DNA of 64,000 bases from an uncultured bacterium (GTDB lineage Bacteria; Patescibacteriota; Saccharimonadia; UBA4664), in NCBI GenBank assembly GCA_963720265.1, contig CAVRET010000002.1, positions 663,601-727,600 on the forward strand, in the 5' to 3' direction. Both the position numbers and the translations under genes were made by a program. Positions 17,625 through 24,331 of this stretch are shown piece by piece (position 1 is the stretch's first letter; each line of letters opens with the position of its first letter). A model generated the notes under the pieces. That model saw only the letters and a list, made by a program, of their open reading frames with translations. It did not search any database and was not told the DNA's origin.

Positions 17625-18198
17625 CCAAATGGAAACCTCCGGTGGCCAAGCTGGAGGGCCGGGCCACCGGAAGCTCTAATCTGACTGGCGCCACCTGGTC
17701 CCTCGCCATGAGCGTAGCCATTGCGTCACTTGCGCCGATCACCCGCAAGCCTTGCTCGAGGCAACCGAGCGCTCGCTCAATTGCCACCTCAACGCGTTCA
17801 TTCGACGCGGTCGGCGAAAAAGCATATGGGCAATGCGCGAACACTGCGAGCCATTGGGCTGCCCATATGAACTCCAAATCGAGCCCCTCGATACCTCTGA
17901 ACATCGAACCGTGAAGCTCGAGCAGCCTATCCTCGGAGTGCCCATCAAAGCGCAGGTCGCGCAGACCAAGCACATTGGTGAATCCACTGTAAGCCGGCTC
18001 GATACCAACGCGCACCAGCCGCTGAATCCGACTGCGATCTCCGAGCCCCCTCAAGCACTCGGGGAGGTTGGCCATAATGCGCTTCAGTTGCCGAGCCGCA
18101 TCCGGATCGGCCTTCGTACTAGTTGCATCAGCAATTGTCATACAATGTCCCTCGCGAGAGTCGATCGTGGATTCGGTCGTGCAGACACTTGTGCCCAC
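17590..18198 (-). CDS. hypothetical protein
   Basis: A 202-aa ORF. A competing + ORF runs 17752..18231. No motif. The strand choice is tentative. Confidence 0.3.
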   Translation of the reverse strand: MGTSVCTTESTIDSREGHCMTIADATSTKADPDAARQLKRIMANLPECLRGLGDRSRIQRLVRVGIEPAYSGFTNVLGLRDLRFDGHSEDRLLELHGSMFRGIEGLDLEFIWAAQWLAVFAHCPYAFSPTASNERVEVAIERALGCLEQGLRVIGASDAMATLMARDQVAPVRLELPVARPSSLATGGFHLARGGERSAGCA

Positions 18199-18314
18199 AA
18201 ACCGGCACTCTACACGGTCCGAACTAGATAGTCCTCAGGGCATTGTCCAAATTCCAATTGCGCGCCGCCCGCGGGTCTTTGGCGATACAACAAACAGCAT
18301 AACCGGCGCCGCTC

Positions 18315-18343
18315 TTGAGCCATCGCGCATTTATCTCTATAAT
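18315..18343 (+). promoter_or_regulatory. sigma70-like promoter for tRNA-Gln (TTGAGC-17-TATAAT)
   Basis: The -35 TTGAGC is at 18315-18320. A 17-nt spacer follows, and the -10 TATAAT is at 18338-18343, about 20 nt upstream of the tRNA. Confidence 0.5.
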
Positions 18344-18364
18344 TGCCCCTTGAACCAACCGTAA

Positions 18365-18439
18365 TGGGGCGTGGCCAAGTGGTAAGGCGCTTGATTCTGG
18401 CTCAAGAGATCGTAGGTTCGAATCCTACCGCCCCAGCCA
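18365..18439 (+). tRNA. tRNA-Gln (anticodon CTG), CCA encoded
   Basis: Manual cloverleaf. Acceptor TGGGGCG/CGCCCCA, D-arm GCCAAGTGGTAAGGC, anticodon stem CTTGA/TCAAG with loop TTCTGGC, and T-arm GTAGG-TTCGAAT-CCTAC. It closely resembles E. coli tRNA-Gln. Confidence 0.85.
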
Positions 18440-18456
18440 GGAATTATTTGGCTTTG
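18429..18456 (+). repeat. 28-nt direct repeat, copy 1 (tRNA 3' end CGCCCCAGCCA plus 17 nt of flank)
   Basis: CGCCCCAGCCAGGAATTATTTGGCTTTG is identical to 19524-19551. Homology of about 75% continues for roughly 80 nt downstream. Confidence 0.8.
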
Positions 18457-18654
18457 CAAAGCCACTATTCATAACCGCAGTTTCGTCTGTTTTAATTTAT
18501 CCCTCCGTTAAGCCATTATTTGGTTCGAATCCTATTGCTCCATCTGGACAGCATTGCAGTTTTATGGTAGAATATAGTAATCCTACTCTGGGTTTTCTCT
18601 CTACCCGGCGCCAAGGAGCTTTGTTCACACGTCAAAGAGAGATTTTGGAGACTG

Positions 18655-19317
18655 GTGATGACTCAGACCGACGGTACCGGCCCAATCGCCGTACTGGAGC
18701 CCCGACTCGGCTTCCCCGGCAGCCGCGACACGCGACCACTGTCGGGAAACGTGCCTAGCCTGGACATCCCCGCCCTGCTGGACCTCGGCTATGGCCCACG
18801 CATCGTCCCATTGCGCCGGGCCAGTACACCCATGCCAGACGGCGCGTTCAACGTCGTCCAGGTCCGCAGCGGCCGCATCGACTACTGCTGGAACCCGACC
18901 GTAATGCCTGGTTCCGACCGTCACTGGATCGAACAGGTGGCCGGGCTCGAGCTGACCGCCTTCGTGGCCATCGGCGTTATCGGCGCAGATGGTTTCCGGA
19001 TCCTGCCCAGCAACGTCCGCACCAACAACGGCTACCTGGTGTTCTACACCCGCTGGCCGGTGTTCAAGTCGCCTGGGTCCGACGAGGTCATAAACACCGG
19101 GTTCTACTACCGGCTGATCCGCTTCGATACCTTCGACAACGACCCCGCCAAGGGCGATGTCCTGCGTGTCAGGATTGCTCGGCCGGGTGGTCGCGGCTAC
19201 CTCTTCGGCGAGGACCCTGATACCCATCTGGTGTTCATCAACGACCCCGACCCCTGGATGGGCCTGATCTGGGCGGCCCGAGACGGGTACAGAAGGGAGT
19301 GCCAGGTCAGTCCGTAA
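18655..19317 (+). CDS. hypothetical protein (cassette 1 cargo, high GC)
   Basis: A 220-aa ORF with no recognisable motif. Confidence 0.45.
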   Translation: MMTQTDGTGPIAVLEPRLGFPGSRDTRPLSGNVPSLDIPALLDLGYGPRIVPLRRASTPMPDGAFNVVQVRSGRIDYCWNPTVMPGSDRHWIEQVAGLELTAFVAIGVIGADGFRILPSNVRTNNGYLVFYTRWPVFKSPGSDEVINTGFYYRLIRFDTFDNDPAKGDVLRVRIARPGGRGYLFGEDPDTHLVFINDPDPWMGLIWAARDGYRRECQVSP

Positions 19318-19392
19318 ATCACTACCTCCGCCCGGGAAAGCGACCCCCATCGCTTTCCCGGACTGAGCCAAGTTCTTAACTAGATTAAGCAT

Positions 19393-19590
19393 TTAGTTCA
19401 GTCTCCCACATTTACCGGCTTCGTCTCCATCATCCAGCAATCTGTGGATCTCATTGGTCTCGTGATCAAGCTTTTTTAGCTCATCCCAGGTCAAAGGCTC
19501 CCCAGTTTGGAACAAGACCTCTCGCCCCAGCCAGGAATTATTTGGCTTTGTTAAGCCACCGTTCAACGTCCCAATTTCACTAGTTTTCAT
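19393..19590 (-). CDS. small conserved-family protein A (65 aa, W-L-G...FQT...EI..LL motif)
   Basis: GGAGG RBS 5 nt upstream. It shares KPNNSWLGREVLFQTGE...EIHRLL with three paralogs in the array. Its 5' coding region contains the tRNA-derived repeat. Confidence 0.55.
   Translation of the reverse strand: MKTSEIGTLNGGLTKPNNSWLGREVLFQTGEPLTWDELKKLDHETNEIHRLLDDGDEAGKCGRLN
19524..19551 (+). repeat. 28-nt direct repeat, copy 2 (an att-like copy of the tRNA 3' end inside small gene A)
   Basis: Exact match to 18429-18456. Confidence 0.8.
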
Positions 19591-19673
19591 TTATGCCTCC
19601 GTTAAGACATTATTTAGTTCGAACCCTGCCACTCCCATAGAATCTTGATGTTATTGCCATGTAAGATGAACAC

Positions 19674-20600
19674 ATGAAGGTTCCATACATTGGCAAAGCC
19701 GAATACTGTTACTCGAATTCGACTGCGATGATGCTCGCTTCAATCGGCGAGGATGTGCCGCCCTCAAGGATCGAGGTACTCACCGGTATGGGAGTCGGTG
19801 CATTCAAGGAAAGAAATTCAAACGTTATTTTCTTTGATTGTTGGCATACCGACAAAGGCATAAGTGAAGCCCTGACTTCCCTAGGATTTTCCTTTGATGA
19901 ATCTGCCAACGAGAAACCAGACGACCCACCTTTCGAAGAGTTAAGGAGCGCACTTTCAAATGGACCAGTCGTTCTTGGACCGTTGGACATTGGCCTTCTA
20001 AGTTATCGCCCAAGGAACAGAGGCGCTAATGGCTCGGTGCATTACATCCTGGCTCACGGAATGGACGACCAAAGAGTCTATGTGCACGATCCATGGGGTT
20101 ACCCGTTCGTAAGCATCACGCTTGAGGACTTAAGGGAAGCGTGGGAAGCGCGCCTGATAGAGCAAAAGCATGGCTATTACCGCCATTGGAGCAATCCAGT
20201 CCGCATTGAATCTCCCGCAAACGATGACCTGTTCAGCCGGGCTCTTGCCACTTTCAAGAAAGTCTATGCTGATGGTCAAACCGAGCTGAAGCGCAAAGGC
20301 CATCAAACAGGACCGGAGGCTATCAGCGCGGTTGCGTCAGCGGCCCGGAATAATGGCCTTTCCGATGACGAGGTTTACAATTTAGCTGGTTTCTCACTTC
20401 CATTAGCAGCGAAGCGGGCTTTAGATTATTCATCCTATTTTCAAGAAAGGAACAAAGTAGTTTCAGACGCCAAGTACGAGATGGCCCAACTATTTGGGTC
20501 TGCCCAGACAAAATTGATGGCGAAGGACCTCAACAGCTTCTCGGCCGACCTGGAGAAGTTAGCTGATTTCGAGAACCGGATTGAAGGGATTCTCGGATAA
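19674..20600 (+). CDS. hypothetical protein with a possible papain-like/BtrH-N-like cysteine peptidase fold (cassette 2 cargo, low GC)
   Basis: A 308-aa ORF with a candidate Cys-His-Asp triad: YCYSNSTAMML ... HYILAHGMDDQRVYVHDPW. The length is typical of the BtrH_N plus C-terminal domain architecture. GC is low. Confidence 0.4.
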   Translation: MKVPYIGKAEYCYSNSTAMMLASIGEDVPPSRIEVLTGMGVGAFKERNSNVIFFDCWHTDKGISEALTSLGFSFDESANEKPDDPPFEELRSALSNGPVVLGPLDIGLLSYRPRNRGANGSVHYILAHGMDDQRVYVHDPWGYPFVSITLEDLREAWEARLIEQKHGYYRHWSNPVRIESPANDDLFSRALATFKKVYADGQTELKRKGHQTGPEAISAVASAARNNGLSDDEVYNLAGFSLPLAAKRALDYSSYFQERNKVVSDAKYEMAQLFGSAQTKLMAKDLNSFSADLEKLADFENRIEGILG

Positions 20601-20785
20601 CGCTCGCCTTTGCTCGAAAGGTAATCACTGACTTCGTCCTCCTCTAGCAATTTCCTGATCTCGGCCACATCACAATCTACATCGTCCTCAAAAGTCTGGA
20701 ACACGTAACAGAGCTCCAGCCAAGGACTTATTTTTACGAAGCCATCAAATTGACCCGTTTTAGGGTCGTTTTTTTTGCCGTCCAT
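20441..20785 (-). CDS. small conserved-family protein B. The ORF runs 114 aa as drawn, but its 3' part is antisense to the cassette 2 gene, so the real product may be shorter.
   Basis: N-terminal region KISPWLELCYVFQTFEDDVDCDVAEIRKLLEEDE. An RBS GGAGG sits 5 nt upstream of the ATG at 20785. Confidence 0.5.
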   Translation of the reverse strand: MDGKKNDPKTGQFDGFVKISPWLELCYVFQTFEDDVDCDVAEIRKLLEEDEVSDYLSSKGERYPRIPSIRFSKSANFSRSAEKLLRSFAINFVWADPNSWAISYLASETTLFLS

Positions 20786-20845
20786 GTTATACCTCCATTA
20801 AGCCATTAGTTCGTTCGAATCCGTCCTAAACTCAATAAAAATGGT

Positions 20846-20874
20846 TGACAAATGCAACCAAACATGTTAGATTT
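20846..20874 (+). promoter_or_regulatory. strong sigma70-like promoter TTGACA-17-TAGATT, followed by a 7-bp inverted repeat GTAACAG..CTGTTAC and an SD
   Basis: The hexamers and 17-nt spacing were read directly. The IR GTAACAGGGCTCCTGTTAC lies at about 20888-20906, just before the ATG at 20928. Confidence 0.45.
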
Positions 20875-20927
20875 TCTACAAGGTAACAGGGCTCCTGTTA
20901 CATAGTTCCTACAGGAGAGGAAGCCAC

Positions 20928-21221
20928 ATGGAACCTCTAGTGTTCCTCGAAGTGCTTCTCAAGCAGTTCAAGCGCGTTAGTGATCTGTACGTCCGTGATG
21001 GCTATCGCCTTCGGACCATTCCGGTCCAAGATGACAGCTTTACGAGCTCTGGTCGCACATATCGACTTGAGTTCGAAAAGGAGCGAAGCTCAGCCGGCGA
21101 CGGCAGCGTTACTCTCGATGTCATCGACGCTAAGCTAGTGGTCGATGATCAGGCTCAAGTATTGAGCCTCACTCAACGGAGTTCAGAAGAGTGCTACCCA
21201 TTGGGTAGGCCGGTGAACTAA
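20928..21221 (+). CDS. hypothetical protein (97 aa)
   Basis: An ORF downstream of a good promoter and the GGAGAGGAAG SD. No motif. Confidence 0.45.
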   Translation: MEPLVFLEVLLKQFKRVSDLYVRDGYRLRTIPVQDDSFTSSGRTYRLEFEKERSSAGDGSVTLDVIDAKLVVDDQAQVLSLTQRSSEECYPLGRPVN

Positions 21222-21596
21222 CCAGTAAAATCTGGAAATAGGTTCTCTAATTGTGAATATGCTTGCTTGATAACCGTACGCGTTATCCTCTGTCATACTC
21301 TGTAAAAGTCCCAACCTCTCCAGTGTGAGTCTAAACACTGGCGGCGCCGCATTACCGGGGCCGTTCTTTATTTTTGGCCATCAGGGGTTCGACCGAGCGT
21401 GGCGCAGCTTACTCGCCTGCGGTTGTTCGATAAGTTTGCATATTGCTCTGATATCTTGTGCGGCATCCTTCTCTGTTTGAACTTTCTCCTCAGAAGTTTG
21501 GACTAGGAACCATATCCCCAGCCATATGTCAAGCATAAGCATTAAGTCCTTCCGTGTTATTCATTTTTTTAGTCAATGATTTGTTATTATTAAGCG

Positions 21597-22253
21597 GTGA
21601 TTGACGACCAAGCACAGCTAATCTGGGAATACATGAAGCTAAACCAAGAGCTTAAACCTTGTGACGCCATCTTTGTGCTTGGAAGCATCGATGACAGAAT
21701 TGCAGAATATGGCGCCAAATTATTTTTGGAGGGATATGGCGACTGGTTGATTCTGTCCGGTGGTGAAGCGCACGCCAACGACATGCTCGCCACAAAATGG
21801 GCAGAAAAAACAGAGGCTGAGCACTTTGCTGCCATCGCCAAAAAACTTGGCGTACCAACCGACAAGATTATCACCGAAAACAGAGCAACAAATACGGGCG
21901 AAAACATTACGTTTACCTACGAATTAGTAAGGAGCAGAGGGCTAACACTTCACTCACTGTTGCTGGTTCAAAAGCCCTATATGGAGAGGCGAACGTACGC
22001 GACTTTTCAGAAGCAGTGGCCGGATGAAACCACACGCTTCATTGTTTCGTCTCCTCCAATACCCTACGCAGAATATTTCAATGACTCGCAGCCAAAAGAC
22101 AAGGTCATCAATATTATGGTTGGAGATCTGCAAAGAATCGCGGAGTACCCAAAGCTTGGTTTTCAAACTGCACAGGAAATCCCCGCAAAAGTCTGGACCG
22201 CGTACGAAACACTTGTGGCCAAGGGTTATGATAAACACCTCATGAAGCCCTAA
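21597..22253 (+). CDS. DUF218/YdcF(SanA/ElyC)-like protein (low GC)
   Basis: CDAIFVLGS ... RATNTGENI ... LLVQKPYMERR matches the DUF218 pattern. Confidence 0.6.
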   Translation: MIDDQAQLIWEYMKLNQELKPCDAIFVLGSIDDRIAEYGAKLFLEGYGDWLILSGGEAHANDMLATKWAEKTEAEHFAAIAKKLGVPTDKIITENRATNTGENITFTYELVRSRGLTLHSLLLVQKPYMERRTYATFQKQWPDETTRFIVSSPPIPYAEYFNDSQPKDKVINIMVGDLQRIAEYPKLGFQTAQEIPAKVWTAYETLVAKGYDKHLMKP

Positions 22254-22468
22254 AGCTGCGTTTTACCGCCGTCATTGTCAAGAATCCGTAGTATTTCATC
22301 CACATCACATTCGTCCATTTTGTCAAAAGTTTTAATTATATACCATCTCCCCAGCCATAAAATGTGAACGCCAAATAGTCCCGTAAAATGGTCTATTTTT
22401 GGTTTGGAATGTCGGTAGGGGCGATAGGACGTCCAAACTTCTTGATTTCCATCAGCAGTCATACTCAT
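22250..22468 (-). CDS. small conserved-family protein C (72 aa)
   Basis: HILWLGRWYIIKTFDKMDECDVDEILRILDND aligns with the core of paralogs A, B and D. Confidence 0.5.
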   Translation of the reverse strand: MSMTADGNQEVWTSYRPYRHSKPKIDHFTGLFGVHILWLGRWYIIKTFDKMDECDVDEILRILDNDGGKTQL

Positions 22469-22576
22469 AGACTTGCTTTTTTCTCCAATTTGTGCTAATA
22501 TATGTTCAAGTACTGCCCAGATGGCAGTCTCCTAGTAACGCACTAGGGCCTCTCCTCGGATGGAAGGATACAAGCC

Positions 22577-22924
22577 ATGCGTATTCGCATCACCGAAGGG
22601 CCTTGCGCCGCCGACACCATGTTCCGAGCATGTCTCGCGGCCACCGAGTTCGCCGGTCGCATCGTCGACATAGACATGACCGATACCAGCCCGCCCAGCC
22701 CAGGTCCGCGCTCAATCGAAATCACCGCACTGGTCGCGCTCCAGGGCGGACGCATGGTTGGGATCATGGCTAACTGCCACATAGTTCGCACGGAAGCCGG
22801 TTGGACTGACGGGCTCTGCGACTTCTACGGCCAACCCGCCAACCCAATGCTGGTTCGGTTCCTCTACGACATGGCCCAGCCCAACCCGGAGCCCGTCGTT
22901 TACAAGGCAACCTCCTCTCGGTGA
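22577..22924 (+). CDS. hypothetical protein (115 aa, high GC)
   Basis: An ORF with no recognisable motif. Confidence 0.4.
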   Translation: MRIRITEGPCAADTMFRACLAATEFAGRIVDIDMTDTSPPSPGPRSIEITALVALQGGRMVGIMANCHIVRTEAGWTDGLCDFYGQPANPMLVRFLYDMAQPNPEPVVYKATSSR

Positions 22925-23007
22925 TCAACCTCCCCGCTCTGCGGGGAGGCCCACCCCAAGATTTCAAGAATTTGAAGTTTTAGGATGGGTCAACTAGCGT
23001 CGACTTC

Positions 23008-23109
23008 CTAGAGCAACTCACGAATCATCTCGATCTCGCTCTGAATCACTTTGGGCTGAGAGGAATCATATTCATAAGTTTGGAACACGTAACAGAGCTC
23101 CAGCCATGT
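23008..23109 (-). pseudogene. remnant of a small conserved-family protein D (33 codons, no in-frame ATG)
   Basis: It translates to TWLELCYVFQTYEYDSSQPKVIQSEIEMIRELL. A 26-nt stretch (23081-23106) is identical to 20697-20722 inside paralog B. There is a stop upstream and no start codon. Confidence 0.5.
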
Positions 23110-23457
23110 AGAGCGAATTTCATTTTACAGCTCTTCGGAACTGTTTTTGTCTTTGTTCGCTTAGTCACTGTTAAGGGCTTGGAAGGTCATTCTTGGGCCT
23201 CCATTAAATCATGCTTTTCTGGACATTCGCAGCGATCACATGAGCGAATATCGAGTTTTCTACTGATATTGCACCGTCTTTTATCGAGTACAAACTTGAG
23301 CATCCTCCTCACCGGCTGCTACTGATCATTGACCGCAAGCACTTTCAAGCCTTGCTGCGAGAGCAACAGCGCAGGAATTTTTTGTACCTGCGCATGCCAA
23401 CCGTATGTTACTGCCTCACAGGCATTGCAATCGGACAACGGGTCAAAGCCGTATCGG

Positions 23458-24120
23458 CTATTCCTGCTGCCACTGACACTTTCCGCTACCGTAGTTAATG
23501 GCGCTCAACGCGAGATTAGTGCCGCCAAAGTCACACAGCCATGTCGGCTCGTCGTATTGGCCGTTATCCGAGGCTAGGACGTTCTCAACGTACCAACTCG
23601 TACCATCGCCGCCGGGAACGTTTTGGACGAAGATCGTTGAAGCTGATCCGCACGGCTCCAAGGCCGCTTGACCGTTACCGTGAGCAACCCAGCCCACACA
23701 GTCACTGGTATCAGGAGCGTAGACGAACTCGTCTATATCATCGTTGTAGTAGCGATTGTTCAACCCGTCGCCGACAGTAAACGGACAAGTGTGCGTTACG
23801 CGTCCGTCATTACACAAGCTGGTGCCGCGCGTATAAAAGTCTTCGTGATTATCGCCGCTCTCATACCCGTATGCGGCAACCCTGTTGCCGTAACTTTTGC
23901 CGCCGTTCCAGTCATTAAAGCACTGCTCGCTATACTCGAAGCTGCATATCGATTGCCCGGCTGCGCGAGACTGCGTACGGTAAATTGCCACCCCACTAAC
24001 CACAATTGCGGCCACAAAAATCGCCCCTAAAACCACTTGCGTAGATCGCAACGATAGTCTCTGTGATATTGTTTTTACTTGCGATTTTTGTTTTTTTCGC
24101 AACCCGGTTTTAGTTGGCAT
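23458..24120 (-). CDS. Cys-rich secreted/membrane-anchored hypothetical protein
   Basis: A basic N-terminus plus a TM helix (VVLGAIFVAAIVVSGVAIY), then a domain with ten Cys and many Gly/Asn/Asp/Tyr. Confidence 0.5.
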   Translation of the reverse strand: MPTKTGLRKKQKSQVKTISQRLSLRSTQVVLGAIFVAAIVVSGVAIYRTQSRAAGQSICSFEYSEQCFNDWNGGKSYGNRVAAYGYESGDNHEDFYTRGTSLCNDGRVTHTCPFTVGDGLNNRYYNDDIDEFVYAPDTSDCVGWVAHGNGQAALEPCGSASTIFVQNVPGGDGTSWYVENVLASDNGQYDEPTWLCDFGGTNLALSAINYGSGKCQWQQE

Positions 24121-24254
24121 TACGCATACCCATTATGTTTATTTTAGGAAACTATCAATCACACACCATTATAACGCTTACGCTTAGGGAATCAATGGGA
24201 TTAACCAGGTTACACCTTTAGGTAGTAAGCAAAAAATGATGCATGTATTGGAAG

Positions 24255-24270
24255 ATCCAGCAAATAACGA
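24255..24270. promoter_or_regulatory. 16-bp perfect palindrome TAACGATATATCGTTA (candidate operator) next to a TATAAT box (24281-24286), in the AT-rich leader of the ABC exporter
   Basis: The palindrome was read directly. The surrounding 210 bp are AT-rich, unlike the flanks. Confidence 0.45.
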
Positions 24271-24331
24271 TATATCGTTACTAATTGTACTATAATAAGT
24301 ATAGTTATGATTATTTATTCTTTGGCTATAG

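Larger units (their letters stand above)
18440..23250 (+). mobile_element. tRNA-Gln-associated tandem cassette array / genomic islet with mosaic GC. No integrase gene was found inside it.
   Basis: A module of about 110 nt (the small-gene 5' end plus RBS CCTCCGTTAAG, including the tRNA 3' end) recurs at about 18431-18545, 19495-19640, 20690-20835, 22325-22370 and 23075-23240. The cassettes between them differ in GC. Confidence 0.55.

Noticed and set aside
17752-18231. A 159-aa + strand ORF competing with the minus-strand 17590-18198 ORF upstream of the tRNA promoter
   Set aside because: Neither strand has a motif. I kept the minus ORF at low confidence because its composition is slightly more protein-like. 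The + ORF would run into the tRNA promoter (-35 at 18315), though that does not exclude it. I consider this unresolved.
18500-20835. tRNA-like fragments (GGTTCGAATCC..., AGTTCGAACCC..., CGTTCGAATCC...) downstream of the small genes, considered as partial tRNA pseudogenes or CRISPR-like repeats
   Set aside because: They do not fold into cloverleaf halves. They sit within the conserved 5' UTR/RBS of the small minus-strand genes. The repeats are about 110 nt, irregularly spaced by 1-1.5 kb, and protein-coding, so they are not CRISPR. They are still reported as part of the att-like module.
18440-24120. Searched the island for an integrase/recombinase (R..HxxR..Y or serine-recombinase motifs)
   Set aside because: None of the ORFs at or above 60 aa on either strand in this interval shows the tyrosine-recombinase box I/II or the resolvase catalytic Ser/DNA-binding pattern. 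If an integrase exists it is outside the window or lost.
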